Origin: Acidobacteriota bacterium
GTDB taxonomy: Bacteria; Acidobacteriota; Blastocatellia; Pyrinomonadales; Pyrinomonadaceae
Direction of reading: 5' to 3'
Length of the DNA: 64,000 bases
Assembly (NCBI GenBank): GCA_018269005.1
Contig: JAFDVK010000053.1
Span: 28,687-92,686 of the forward strand
Part shown: positions 10,552 through 20,565 of the stretch, in pieces
Layout of the letters: each line of letters begins with the position of its first letter
Numbering within the stretch: position 1 is the stretch's first letter
Notes under the pieces: generated by a model
Database searches by the model: none
The model's input: the letters and a program-made list of their open reading frames with translations, nothing else
Told to the model about the DNA's origin: nothing
Position numbers and translations under genes: made by a program

Positions 10552-10774
10552 AGAGGATTCTGAAGTGTTTAGAGTAAGAGAAAGGCTGATATAAATCAAA
10601 ATCGTTCAATTTGACCGATGTATCGTTCAACACTGTATAAAATGTTTGACGTTTCTTGTCACAGTCTGCTAATCTACTCAGCACGGGTCAATCGCTTTCT
10701 TGACCTTTGTGTCCATCCAATTCGCAATTTTTTTGGGCGTTAGATCGGCCTTTCCGGTGGGATTTCAGTAAAAG

Positions 10775-12775
10775 ATGAGTTTCGACAAGACAAAGGCGAT
10801 GCGAAATGCTGAAAAGCACGTCGCACAAGGGAAGATTCGACTCGCAATTAACGAGTATCAGGCAGTTGTAGCCCACGATCCGAGGGATATTACAACGATG
10901 AATATGCTCGGCGACCTTCACGCAAAGACCTCAGATCGCCGGCAGGCGGTCGAATGTTATATGAAGGTCGCAGAACACTATGCGACGCAGGGATTTGCGC
11001 AGAAGGCGATCGCGATCTACAACAAGGTCGCGCGTCTCCAACCGGATTCGATCGAGGTTTCGAACAAGCTTGCCGAACTTTATAAGTTAAAGGGTTCGCT
11101 GAGCGAGGCACGTTCACATTACGAAACTCTTGCCAGACATTACGAGGCGACGGGCAAACGGATCGAGGCTTTGGCGATGTGGAAGCAGATCGCACTGCTT
11201 GACCCGAACAATACTGAAGTTTGCCTTAGCCTTGCAGAGTCATATTTGAAGGAAGGCGAAAGCGAGGACGCGGCCGAGGCATTTGCCGAGGCAGGCGGAA
11301 GGTTCGACCGCCACGGCGATCACGAAGAAGCGGTAAAGGCATTTCAGCGCAGCTTGGAAATTCAGCCGGACGCCCTCCGCACCCTGGACGGTTTGATCCG
11401 CTCGTATTCGGCGCTCGGCAAGGTTTCGAAGGCCGTCGAATATCTTGAAGGCATCCTTCAAAAAGAGCCCTACAATCGCGACATCCTTTACCTGTTGATC
11501 GATTGCCACATCGATTCCGGGAATACGGATGGCGCTGAGCGTGCCGTGCTCCAGCTGGTCGAGATCGAGCCGGCGAATTATCCGAAACTGCTTGATCTGA
11601 TCGGCCTTTATCTAAAAGCGGACGATCTTGATTCGGCGGCCAGGATCCTTTCGATGTCGTCCGAATACCTTCTTGCAGGCGGACAGGCCGAAGATTGCAG
11701 CCGCTGGATCTCCGAGATTCTGGAACGCGATCCGTCGCACGTTCCGGCATTGCGTCTATTGGTGCGATATTGTTCCTGGATCAAGGACGAAGAGGCATTC
11801 CGCATCGCGCTCGAACGTCTTGCGGTCTCGGCTCGGGCAAAGAATGAGGCGGATGACGAAAGATTTGCGCTGTCGCAGCTAGTGATCGTGCGTCCGTTCG
11901 AGACGCAGTTCAGCGAGCGTCTGGCAGAATTGAAGGAACTTCACGGCTTTGCTGAAGACGACCTCGACGTTGAACTTTTCCGTGCCGGATTTGATCAGCC
12001 CGAGGTGCAGCCGGTCGTAGCCGTGGTGGAGCAAGAGGGCTCACCCGTCGTCGTCCAGGCGGAGACGGAAGAAATTCCGGCACCGATACCGGTCGAACCT
12101 GAACCGGTACCGGTACAAACGCTGTCCGAAAAAGCGGCCGCCGGCGACGCCGATGAGGTGAAGTTCGCAAAAGATCTTGAGAGCATCAGCTTCTACATCG
12201 ACAACGAATATCACGAGCTTGCTGCCAAGGCGATCGATGAGATCGAGGCTGAGTTTGGCCGTCGGCCGGAGATCGACGGCGTCAAGAAAAAGGTAGCGGC
12301 CTTGCGTAATAAGGCTGCCTCGAACCACAGCCTCACGGTCGAGGATATGCGCAGCGAGTTCGGCCTGACGGACGAACTGCCTTCGGATGAAGATTACGAC
12401 ACGAAGTATCACACTGCGATCGCGTATCAGGAAATGGGCCTTACCGAAGACGCGATTCGCATTTTCCAGGAGGCGATCTCGCTCGTCTCGCCGCTTGACG
12501 GCACTCGCAGATTCTTTCATTGTGCGAACCTCTTGGGGCATTGCTTTATGGCAACGGGCCACGCAAGCATGGCCGTTACTTGGTTCGCACGCGCGCTTGA
12601 AACGCCGAATCTGGATGATTCAGAGCGTCACGGACTTTGGTACGAACTTGCTACCGCCTACGATGCGGCAGGCAATCCCGTCGATGCGCACCGCTTTTAC
12701 GAGCAGGTCTATACCGAGAACGTAGATTTTCGCGATGTGGCAAGCCGAGTGCGGAGCGAGATGGCCGTGCATTAG
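10775..12775 (+). CDS. TPR-repeat protein
   Basis: 666 aa with multiple 34-aa A..Y.KA..L.P-type repeats at both ends and an acidic/Pro-rich linker. Confidence 0.85.
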   Translation: MSFDKTKAMRNAEKHVAQGKIRLAINEYQAVVAHDPRDITTMNMLGDLHAKTSDRRQAVECYMKVAEHYATQGFAQKAIAIYNKVARLQPDSIEVSNKLAELYKLKGSLSEARSHYETLARHYEATGKRIEALAMWKQIALLDPNNTEVCLSLAESYLKEGESEDAAEAFAEAGGRFDRHGDHEEAVKAFQRSLEIQPDALRTLDGLIRSYSALGKVSKAVEYLEGILQKEPYNRDILYLLIDCHIDSGNTDGAERAVLQLVEIEPANYPKLLDLIGLYLKADDLDSAARILSMSSEYLLAGGQAEDCSRWISEILERDPSHVPALRLLVRYCSWIKDEEAFRIALERLAVSARAKNEADDERFALSQLVIVRPFETQFSERLAELKELHGFAEDDLDVELFRAGFDQPEVQPVVAVVEQEGSPVVVQAETEEIPAPIPVEPEPVPVQTLSEKAAAGDADEVKFAKDLESISFYIDNEYHELAAKAIDEIEAEFGRRPEIDGVKKKVAALRNKAASNHSLTVEDMRSEFGLTDELPSDEDYDTKYHTAIAYQEMGLTEDAIRIFQEAISLVSPLDGTRRFFHCANLLGHCFMATGHASMAVTWFARALETPNLDDSERHGLWYELATAYDAAGNPVDAHRFYEQVYTENVDFRDVASRVRSEMAVH

Positions 12776-12815
12776 CGATAGTTTTCGAAAGCGTGTTTAG
12801 TTATAATTTGACGGT

Positions 12816-13112
12816 ATGGTGGAACGCCTTACCGTCATTTTCTTTATCATTCTCTGCCTGCTTTTGGGGATGTATCTGATCCTGTCGCCTTGGGACGCTC
12901 TTTTTGGCCCGTGGGCCGACAATTATCTGCTTGCGTATGTTGCCGACAGATCCGGGATGCCTTCTATCCAGAGGGCGATAGCTTCCACCTGGTTTCGCGG
13001 TGCGGTAACGGGATTGGGCGTTCTGAACATCATCATCGCCGTGTGGGAAATGTTCAGTTTTAATAAGACGGTCGCGATGCTCCACAAGCTCAATCCGACA
13101 GATCCGAAATGA
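12816..13112 (+). CDS. small membrane protein (two TM), unknown function
   Basis: 98-aa ORF with hydrophobic segments. Its stop overlaps the thiE start by 4 nt (ATGA), which suggests co-translation. Confidence 0.6.
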   Translation: MVERLTVIFFIILCLLLGMYLILSPWDALFGPWADNYLLAYVADRSGMPSIQRAIASTWFRGAVTGLGVLNIIIAVWEMFSFNKTVAMLHKLNPTDPK

Positions 13113-13729
13113 CGATCGAGCCTCCGATCACTTACCTAATTACAAGCGGCGAACTTACTCAGGAAAATTTCACGTCCCGCTCGGACGAATTCGTCCGGCT
13201 GCTGGCAGAAGCTGCCATTGACGGCTTAGATGTTATTCAGATCCGCGAGAAGGCCCTCTCGGCACGGAATTTGAGCGTCCTGTCGAGCCGTCTCTCCGAC
13301 GAACTTCATGACAGCCGAACGAAGCTTCTTGTGAACGATCGCGCGGATATCGCTAAGGCGGCGGGCTGCGACGGCGTGCACCTTACGACGCGTTCGTTAA
13401 GCGTTGAGGCGGTGCGGAAGATCGTTGGAACCGAGGCGGTCATCAGCTGCTCGACACATACCGTCGATGAGGTTAAGCGAGCGAGCGATGCAGGTGCGGA
13501 CATCATTCTTTTCGGCACCGTTTTTGCTTCGCCCGGCAAAGGCGAAGCCGTCGGGCTCGACGCGCTTGTCGAAGCGGTCCACGCTGCCGGCGAATCAAAA
13601 CTTCTTGCTCTTGGCGGTATCAACGAGCGGAATTTTACAGAAGCCTTAGATCGCGGAGCGGACGGCGTTGCGGCCATTCGATCGTTGAATGATCGAGCCT
13701 CTCGCCGCGTGATAATTGGAGGAAGATGA
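13109..13729 (+). CDS. thiE: thiamine-phosphate synthase
   Basis: ..VIQIREK..NDRADIA...GVHL..STH..ILFGTVF.S..K....GL..L..ALGGI.. motifs. 4-nt overlap with thiD. Confidence 0.9.
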   Translation: MTIEPPITYLITSGELTQENFTSRSDEFVRLLAEAAIDGLDVIQIREKALSARNLSVLSSRLSDELHDSRTKLLVNDRADIAKAAGCDGVHLTTRSLSVEAVRKIVGTEAVISCSTHTVDEVKRASDAGADIILFGTVFASPGKGEAVGLDALVEAVHAAGESKLLALGGINERNFTEALDRGADGVAAIRSLNDRASRRVIIGGR

Positions 13730-14520
13730 ACATGGATCCTCGGCCTGTTTGCTTGACGATAGCTGGAGTTGACCCTTCGGGTGGAGCAGGTGTTCTGGCC
13801 GACATCAAGACCTTTGCGGCGCACGATTGCTTTGGAACGGGGGCGATTGCGTCGCTGACCTTTCAGAATACGACGGGTGTTTTCGGTTCCGTTTCGCAGT
13901 CGGCAGAGACGGTCTATCAGCAGATCAAAGCGGTGGCGGAAGATATGGAGATTGCCGCGGTCAAGACGGGAATGCTGCCGACACGTGAGGTGATCGAGGC
14001 CGTGGCCGCGAGCATTTCGGAGTTTCGGCTTCGGAACGTCGTGGTCGATCCGGTCGTGCGTTCCACATCGGGTTTCGACCTTATCGATGATGCAGCGCTC
14101 GATGCCCTTGTCGAGAAAATGTTTCCGCTGGCAGTCGTTGTAACACCGAATCTAGCCGAGGCCGAACGTATCATCGGAGGCCGGATCACTTCGATCGCGG
14201 ATCTGAATTTCGCAGGTGCGAAGATGCTCGATCGCGGTGCAAATGCGGTGTTGATAAAGGGCGGGCACTCAATTGAGCGTCAGCCGGCGAAGGCCGTGGA
14301 TCGGCTTTATCTTCGCGAGGAAACTAAAGAATTCGAGGCGGAATTCATCGCGGGCGAACCTGTCCACGGGACAGGCTGTGCACTATCTTCCGCGATCGCC
14401 GCGAACCTCGCACACGGCAAGGGCCTATTTGACGCGATCGCAGATGCAAAGAGATTTGTTACCGATTCTATCCGAACGGCGGAAAAGGTCGGACACGGAA
14501 ATCGGCCCGTCAATGTTTAG
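13726..14520 (+). CDS. thiD: hydroxymethylpyrimidine/phosphomethylpyrimidine kinase
   Basis: LTIAGVDPSGGAGVLADIKTF.. and ..IKGGH.. / GTGCALSSAIAA motifs of the ribokinase-fold ThiD. Confidence 0.93.
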   Translation: MNMDPRPVCLTIAGVDPSGGAGVLADIKTFAAHDCFGTGAIASLTFQNTTGVFGSVSQSAETVYQQIKAVAEDMEIAAVKTGMLPTREVIEAVAASISEFRLRNVVVDPVVRSTSGFDLIDDAALDALVEKMFPLAVVVTPNLAEAERIIGGRITSIADLNFAGAKMLDRGANAVLIKGGHSIERQPAKAVDRLYLREETKEFEAEFIAGEPVHGTGCALSSAIAANLAHGKGLFDAIADAKRFVTDSIRTAEKVGHGNRPVNV

Positions 14521-15408
14521 TTATTTTGCGGGCGTGAAGATCGACGGGCTGACGTAGGTTACGCCAAAGATAATGCCGGTTCGCGGACTGTTTCGGGTGG
14601 TACCGAATGCCGCGGCGGTATCGAACCGCAGGCTGGATGCTCGGAATTGAGCTCCGATCCTTACCTGGCCTTGGCTTTCGGTTCCGGTCGGTGCATTTCG
14701 CCGCGTACTCGATCTGCCGTTGATCTCGCTCACGATGTTGATGTGGTCGGTGACGCGATAGATTCCCGCAAGGCCGTAGAGGATGACATCATTCTGTGAG
14801 AAACGATCGAGCGGCGCCGACATCAGGCCGATGCCGATGTTGCCCATCAAGTTCATTCGCGGTGTGCCGCGGACAACACTGCCGAATTTCTTCTGGAGAA
14901 TGATCTTGCTGAAGATGTTGATCTGATTCGTCCCGATGCCTTTCGCCTGATCGGTATTCGGCATCTCGAAGCCGAATTTCAGGCCGATCGCCGGCAAATA
15001 CTTCTTCTCGTTCCTGAGTTTGATCTTTGCGGAGACAATGATGTCGCCAAAGTCATGGGTGGAGTTGCCGGTCACATTCAGCGGGATCGAGGGCGAGTTG
15101 ATCGAATCGATCGAGACGTAATCCTGCACGACGCCTTCGAGCTGAAGTTCGACGTTCGGAGCGATGCCCGTCTTTATGCGGATGTTGCCAAGCCGCGTGA
15201 GATCACCTTCCATTCCGGAGAGCGGAAATCTTGCATCTTGATAGAAATCGACGCCGGCACTGATCTCGAGGGCACCGGCCGGCGTGATGTCAATGTCATC
15301 GGTGAGCAGCGGCCTTTGCTGTGCCGAGACGCAAAGCGCCGAAGCGAGCAAAATGACACAATAGATGACGGCCGTTCTCACGCGAAGTATTTTGACACGC
15401 ATCTGCAT
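14521..15408 (-). CDS. outer-membrane beta-barrel protein (MetA-pathway/transporter-like), function unknown
   Basis: Signal peptide ..LLASALCVSAQQ, alternating beta-strand pattern, and a C-terminal aromatic-rich strand. Confidence 0.7.
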   Translation of the reverse strand: MQMRVKILRVRTAVIYCVILLASALCVSAQQRPLLTDDIDITPAGALEISAGVDFYQDARFPLSGMEGDLTRLGNIRIKTGIAPNVELQLEGVVQDYVSIDSINSPSIPLNVTGNSTHDFGDIIVSAKIKLRNEKKYLPAIGLKFGFEMPNTDQAKGIGTNQINIFSKIILQKKFGSVVRGTPRMNLMGNIGIGLMSAPLDRFSQNDVILYGLAGIYRVTDHINIVSEINGRSSTRRNAPTGTESQGQVRIGAQFRASSLRFDTAAAFGTTRNSPRTGIIFGVTYVSPSIFTPAK

Positions 15409-15423
15409 AAATTCGCAATCGGT

Positions 15424-16983
15424 TTAGTGCCTAAAATGCCTGATGCCGGTGAAGACCATCGCGATGCCGTGTTCGTCGGCAGCTTCGATGGATTCAGCGT
15501 CCTTTACCGAACCGCCGGGCTGGATGATCGCAGAGACGCCGAAACGGGCCGCTTCATCGACATTGTCCCGAAACGGGAAGAACGCATCCGAGGCGACCGC
15601 TGAGCCTTTAAGTTCAAGGTCGAAGCGTTCGGCACGCGCCGCCGCGATCCTGACGGAATCTACGCGATTCATCTGGCCGGCTCCAACGCCAAGGGTTTGC
15701 ACCTCGTTCGTAAAAACGATCGCGTTCGATTTCACGTGCTTGCAGACAGACCACGCAAGCAGGAGCGACCGCATCTCGCTCTCGGTCGGCTTGCGCTTTG
15801 TTACCGTCTGCATGTCGCCCTCGGCAATGACGTGAAGATCCGCGGATTGTAGAAGATAGCCGCCGGAGATCTGTCGAACGACGGTCGATTCGGGCTTGCC
15901 GCTCTCGACGCGAAGTACGCGGAGGTTCTTCTTCGTACGGAAAACATCGAGAGCTTCCGGCTCAAAATCAGGAGCGACGACGACCTCGCTGAAGATCTCG
16001 ATGACGAGCTTCGCAGTTTCGGCATCGACCTTGCGGTTGAACGCGACGATGCCGCCAAATGCCGAGACCGGATCGGTCGAAAGTGCCCGCTTGTATGCCT
16101 CGGCAAGGGAAGAGCCGACGCCGACGCCTGACGGATTCGTGTGCTTGATGATCGCTGCGGCAGGAACGCTGAAGTCTGAGACAAGGCTCCACGCCGCGTC
16201 TGTATCGACGTAATTGTTGTACGACATTTCCTTGCCGTGAAGCTGCTCTGCATTCGCAACGCCGGAATTCGACGCCGTATAGAGTGCGGCCTTCTGGTGC
16301 GGATTTTCGCCGTAGCGAAGGTCAGCGGCCTTTTTTGCATCCAAAGTCAGCGAGGCGGGAAACGCGTCCTCATCCTTACCGGAATCCGCCTGCGAAAGAT
16401 ATGCTGTGATCGCGGCGTCATATTCAGAAGTGCGTTTGTATGCGGCGGCGGCGAGTTTGGCGCGTGTTTCGAGCGAGAGGGAGCCGTCGTTTTCTCGAAG
16501 CTCGTCCGCGATCGCACCATAAGCGCTCGCATCCGTTACGACCGCGACGCTCCGCCAATTTTTCGACGCTGAGCGGATCATCGCCGGGCCGCCGATATCG
16601 ATATTCTCCACGGCTTCTTCAAGCGACACGTCCGCTTTCGCGATCGTTTTCTCAAATGGATAGAGATTAACGACGACGAGGTCGATCGGTTCGATGCCGT
16701 GGTTTTTCATTGCCGCAACGTGTTCGTCGTTGTCGCGAAGCGCAAGGAATGCACCGTGAATCTTCGGGTGCAGCGTCTTGACCCGGCCGTCCATCATTTC
16801 CGGAAAACCGGTAACCTCGGAGACGTCGGTCACCGCGAATCCGGCATCGCGAAGGCTGCGTGCAGTTCCGCCGGTCGAGATCAGCTGTACGCCGAACTCC
16901 GCGAGCACGGCGGCGAACTCATTCAATCCTGTCTTGTCTGAAACACTCAGGAGGGCACGTTTTATCTTTATTTGATTGGACAT
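15424..16983 (-). CDS. purH: bifunctional AICAR transformylase / IMP cyclohydrolase
   Basis: KRALLSVSDKTGL.. MGS-like N-terminal domain, ..VVVNLYPF.., C-terminal ..FTGIRHFRH. 519 aa. Confidence 0.97.
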   Translation of the reverse strand: MSNQIKIKRALLSVSDKTGLNEFAAVLAEFGVQLISTGGTARSLRDAGFAVTDVSEVTGFPEMMDGRVKTLHPKIHGAFLALRDNDEHVAAMKNHGIEPIDLVVVNLYPFEKTIAKADVSLEEAVENIDIGGPAMIRSASKNWRSVAVVTDASAYGAIADELRENDGSLSLETRAKLAAAAYKRTSEYDAAITAYLSQADSGKDEDAFPASLTLDAKKAADLRYGENPHQKAALYTASNSGVANAEQLHGKEMSYNNYVDTDAAWSLVSDFSVPAAAIIKHTNPSGVGVGSSLAEAYKRALSTDPVSAFGGIVAFNRKVDAETAKLVIEIFSEVVVAPDFEPEALDVFRTKKNLRVLRVESGKPESTVVRQISGGYLLQSADLHVIAEGDMQTVTKRKPTESEMRSLLLAWSVCKHVKSNAIVFTNEVQTLGVGAGQMNRVDSVRIAAARAERFDLELKGSAVASDAFFPFRDNVDEAARFGVSAIIQPGGSVKDAESIEAADEHGIAMVFTGIRHFRH

Positions 16984-17317
16984 GGTCGATCGATCGATAG
17001 GTAAATGGGCAAAATAAAAACAAAAAGAGCGGCTTCACAAGAGCCGCCGGATTCCAAGGTCTTTTTCGCGCGCCTGACAGCGTGCGGGATACGGGCAAAT
17101 GATGTCGTTTTGGCTGCTTGCTCTTCGATCTTGCTGGCTTTTAGAAAAAGAAACGGCCAATGAACAGAAGGCTCAGCACCAACGCAATTGCGTAAATGAC
17201 GACTTTGATAAGACTCATAAAGATAAAATACTCTAATAAAGAGGTTTACCGGTGTTCAGCGCCAAGGGAGTACTTATCGAGAAACAATTATTTTATTTGT
17301 TCGCTAAGCTCAAGTCA

Positions 17318-18772
17318 ATGCGTGCGAACGCCGGTATTCATTTGATCGCGTTGGCGGCCGTATTGGTTGCCGCCGGTGCGACGTTTTCCTACGGACAAGC
17401 GATCGATGCGGAGATTCGCCTAGACGCTCAGAGCAATTCTGTCGAGGTCTCAGGCAGATTTCTTGATGCGGGCGAGGTGCGGAATATCGCGTTCGAGCAC
17501 GACTTTGCAGGCGTTTCGGGGCTGGCTGAACGGATCTCGCGGATGAGAACGCTCGGGGCGAATGGGCAAGAGGTCGCCTCGAAAGTGTTTGCACCCGGCG
17601 AATATGCGGCCGCTGAAACCATCAGTGCGTTTTCGTACTCTGTCCGTCTCGACGCGCCAGATCGAACGGGCCAGGCGCACGTGTCGTGGCTCAAGAACGG
17701 CCGCGGTGTCTTGTTCCTTGGCGACATCTTGCCGCTCGTTCTTGGCAAGGCGTCGTCGTCGGCGACGGTGCGGATCATCAATGCAAAAGGAATCAGTGTG
17801 GGCGGCTGTTCTTCTTTGACGGAAGGAAAATATGCCTGCGCTGACCGCGCTTCTGCGGTGTTTATTATTTCGCCCGATCTTCGCACGATGAAGATCCCGG
17901 ATCCTGCGCTAAACCTACTGATAGAAGGTGCTTGGAACTTTGACGATGACGCGGCCGCCAAAGAGGCCGCGGAACTGTTCGAGACGTATCGCAGTGTTTT
18001 CGGCGGTGCGCCGCAAGGCCCGTTCGATATTGTGATCATGAAGTTTGCGGACGAAACCCCGCCAGGCAGATTCGAAGCCGACACGCGCGGCCGCACTATC
18101 GTGATTCTTTCGTCCGACGCGCCGTTCAAATCGCAGTCGCTGCAGCGTTTAAGCCTGCAGCTTCGGCACGAATTGTTTCACCTTTGGCTGCCGAACGGCG
18201 TTGCCTTGGCGGGGCGGTACGATTGGTTCTATGAAGGCGCCGCACTTTATATGGCTAGCCGTGTCGGGCTTATGACGAATAGGATCCGATTCGACGACTT
18301 TGTTTCGCAGCTCTCGACCGCGATCGCCTTCGATCGAACGTCGCCAAAGGGAGTGTCGCTTGCGATGGCAGGCGATACGCGTTGGCAGGGCAATGCCACG
18401 ACGATTTACGCCCGCGGAATGCTCGCCGCTTTCATTCTCGATCTCGAACTCCTGAAACGCAGCAAGGCGAAGCATTCACTCGAACATGTTTTGAGGAAAC
18501 TTTTCAACGATCATGACCGTCGAAAAGGTTCGAAAGCTGAAGCTGTGCCCGCTATCCTCGATGCTTTTGCTGCTTTTGACGATACGGGCCGGCTCGCGAA
18601 AGAACTGCTAGAACGCAGTGAACCGCTCAATGTTGCTGCCGCACTTGAAAACTCCGGGTTTGAGCTTTCAGACTCGGGCCGTGGGCTTAAGGTCAAAGAA
18701 AAGCCCAACTCAAGGGAAAAGGCGATTTTGAACAAGCTGGGTTATAATAACTGGCGAAAACTTTCTCGTTAA
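17318..18772 (+). CDS. secreted gluzincin metallopeptidase (HExxH-x17-E; M1/M61-like)
   Basis: HELFH then E 18 residues later (..RYDWFYEGAALY). Start moved to the ATG at 17318, which gives the signal peptide MRANAGIHLIALAAVLVAAGATFSYGQ. The track start at 17252 is a GTG. Confidence 0.75.
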   Translation: MRANAGIHLIALAAVLVAAGATFSYGQAIDAEIRLDAQSNSVEVSGRFLDAGEVRNIAFEHDFAGVSGLAERISRMRTLGANGQEVASKVFAPGEYAAAETISAFSYSVRLDAPDRTGQAHVSWLKNGRGVLFLGDILPLVLGKASSSATVRIINAKGISVGGCSSLTEGKYACADRASAVFIISPDLRTMKIPDPALNLLIEGAWNFDDDAAAKEAAELFETYRSVFGGAPQGPFDIVIMKFADETPPGRFEADTRGRTIVILSSDAPFKSQSLQRLSLQLRHELFHLWLPNGVALAGRYDWFYEGAALYMASRVGLMTNRIRFDDFVSQLSTAIAFDRTSPKGVSLAMAGDTRWQGNATTIYARGMLAAFILDLELLKRSKAKHSLEHVLRKLFNDHDRRKGSKAEAVPAILDAFAAFDDTGRLAKELLERSEPLNVAAALENSGFELSDSGRGLKVKEKPNSREKAILNKLGYNNWRKLSR

Positions 18773-19921
18773 ATGATGCGATCCAGATCCAGATATATCG
18801 TTGCGGCGTTGGCCGTGCTTTCTCTCTTTCAGGTCGGCTGCACCTACATCGACCAGGCCTTTTCCGGCGTTACGAGTGCCCTTGGCGTGACGGACACTGC
18901 GACCGTGATCTCCAAGACAGCACAGATAAGGACATCGTACGCGGTCGTCGCGGCAGACGTCCTCGAGGTGAATCGCGGCGACAAACTCGACGTTCTCGAT
19001 AAGGTGGATTTCGAGAAGGTCCTTTGGTATCGCGTCCGTGCACACGATCCCGAGGCGACCGAAGGCTGGATCGAGGCGCAGAATGTCATCACGAGCGAGA
19101 CGATGGAAAAGAGCAAGAAGCTTGCAGAGACTTTCGCTGACCGTTCGCCGCAAGCGTCGGGCGTTATTCGAGCAGCCTCGAATCTCCGCTCGCAGCCCGA
19201 TTCAAGCGACGAGAACATTCTCTTCAAGCTCGCAAAAGGTTCGACCTTCGAGATAATGTCGTGGAAATTCGTCCCAAAGACCGAAGCACCGGATATCGAT
19301 GACAGCGCGGCCGACGGAAAGCCGCTATCGAAAAAGGAAAAGAACGAAGAGATCGAGGCGGCAAAGGTCGCCGGCGAGCCCGAAAAGATCGACGACAAAT
19401 ACGATATTTGGTACGAAGTGAGACTCGACCCTTCAATTTCGCCGGCACCGGCCGGCTGGCTCTTCGGTCGACAGGTCGATCTTCAGGTGCCGAGCGACAT
19501 TTCGTTCTTTCAGCAGAACAATCGCAAGTTCGTCACCTGGCAGAGGATCGATGCCGATGCCGCGAACAAGAATCTCACCGGCCGAGGCTCGACGCCGGGA
19601 AGCTATGTGATCCTGACGCGCACGAATCTCGTAAAAGCGATCGACGGCGTTGAGCCCGACTTTGACGGCATACTCGTTCTTGCGTTCGATAAATACGACC
19701 AGAATTACTACACCGTTTGGCGGAATCCGCCCAACACGGACGTCTGGGGACAGCTTCCTTTGCGGATGGAAGGGCAGGGCGACAATAAGACCTTCAGCAT
19801 CAAACTGCGAAATCAGAACGGCCAGATCGACGAGCGGAAGTTCGTGATCTTCAAGGATCGCAACCGGATGCGTGTAACTCCGCCGGAGGACATCGCGCAG
19901 TATCAGTTCAAGAGCAAATGA
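18773..19921 (+). CDS. lipoprotein with SH3b-like repeats
   Basis: Lipobox LSLFQVGC. Two segments with a W(Y/I)(R/E)V..(G)W(I/L) SH3b-like signature. Confidence 0.7.
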   Translation: MMRSRSRYIVAALAVLSLFQVGCTYIDQAFSGVTSALGVTDTATVISKTAQIRTSYAVVAADVLEVNRGDKLDVLDKVDFEKVLWYRVRAHDPEATEGWIEAQNVITSETMEKSKKLAETFADRSPQASGVIRAASNLRSQPDSSDENILFKLAKGSTFEIMSWKFVPKTEAPDIDDSAADGKPLSKKEKNEEIEAAKVAGEPEKIDDKYDIWYEVRLDPSISPAPAGWLFGRQVDLQVPSDISFFQQNNRKFVTWQRIDADAANKNLTGRGSTPGSYVILTRTNLVKAIDGVEPDFDGILVLAFDKYDQNYYTVWRNPPNTDVWGQLPLRMEGQGDNKTFSIKLRNQNGQIDERKFVIFKDRNRMRVTPPEDIAQYQFKSK

Positions 19922-20196
19922 CGGACACTGAAGATATTTTTGAAGTGCCGATCACCGACTCGATCGACCTGCACGCCTTTCGGCCTGCGGATGTTCGTGC
20001 GGTCGTCGAAGAGTATCTTGCCGAGGCGCACAAACGCGGATTTCGCGTTGTACGTCTGATACACGGCAAAGGCGTCGGGGTCCAGCGAGAGATCGTGCGA
20101 AAGGTGTTGTCGGAGACGGATTTCGTAAAAGGATTTAAGAACGCGCCGGAATTTTCAGGCAGTTGGGGAGCGACGATCGCGGAGTTGGACGTCTAA
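19918..20196 (+). CDS. Smr-domain protein
   Basis: ..IDLHAFRPADVRAVVEEYL..A...G...V.LIHGKG.G.. matches the Smr motif. 4-nt overlap with the upstream gene. Confidence 0.8.
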   Translation: MTDTEDIFEVPITDSIDLHAFRPADVRAVVEEYLAEAHKRGFRVVRLIHGKGVGVQREIVRKVLSETDFVKGFKNAPEFSGSWGATIAELDV

Positions 20197-20459
20197 TTTC
20201 GATCGTCGAGAATGTCCGCCCACGCCTCGTCAAATGTCTCGGTCTCGATACCGTGCCGTTCGAGCAGAGCATTCTTTTCCGAAAGCTTTTCTTCAAGGAG
20301 TTCGATCTTTTGGCGTAGATGTCTAGCCTCGCGTTCCAGCTTTCGCGTGTGCTCGACACGCATCTTATACACTCTTTCAATGTAGAAGATGAACATTAGC
20401 TGCAGGCCGACTACGCCGGCCAATACGAGAAGAAGTCCTATGAACACGTAGGTAAACAT
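20193..20459 (-). CDS. membrane-anchored coiled-coil protein, unknown function
   Basis: N-terminal TM (FIGLLLVLAGVVGLQLMFIFY) followed by heptad-rich KLEREARHLRQKIELLEEKL. Confidence 0.55.
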   Translation of the reverse strand: MFTYVFIGLLLVLAGVVGLQLMFIFYIERVYKMRVEHTRKLEREARHLRQKIELLEEKLSEKNALLERHGIETETFDEAWADILDDRN

Positions 20460-20565
20460 GGTGTGGTACTGCTTTTTTTGTTGTCCCTTTGGATAATTAT
20501 ACTCTTGACCCCGAGCATTTTGAAACGTAAAACTTGGGGTATTCCATATTTACGAGGCAGAGACT

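Noticed and set aside
12776-12815. TPP riboswitch ahead of the thiE-thiD operon
   Set aside because: Only about 40 nt lie upstream of the first ORF of the operon, and no CUGAGA-type THI-box element is seen.
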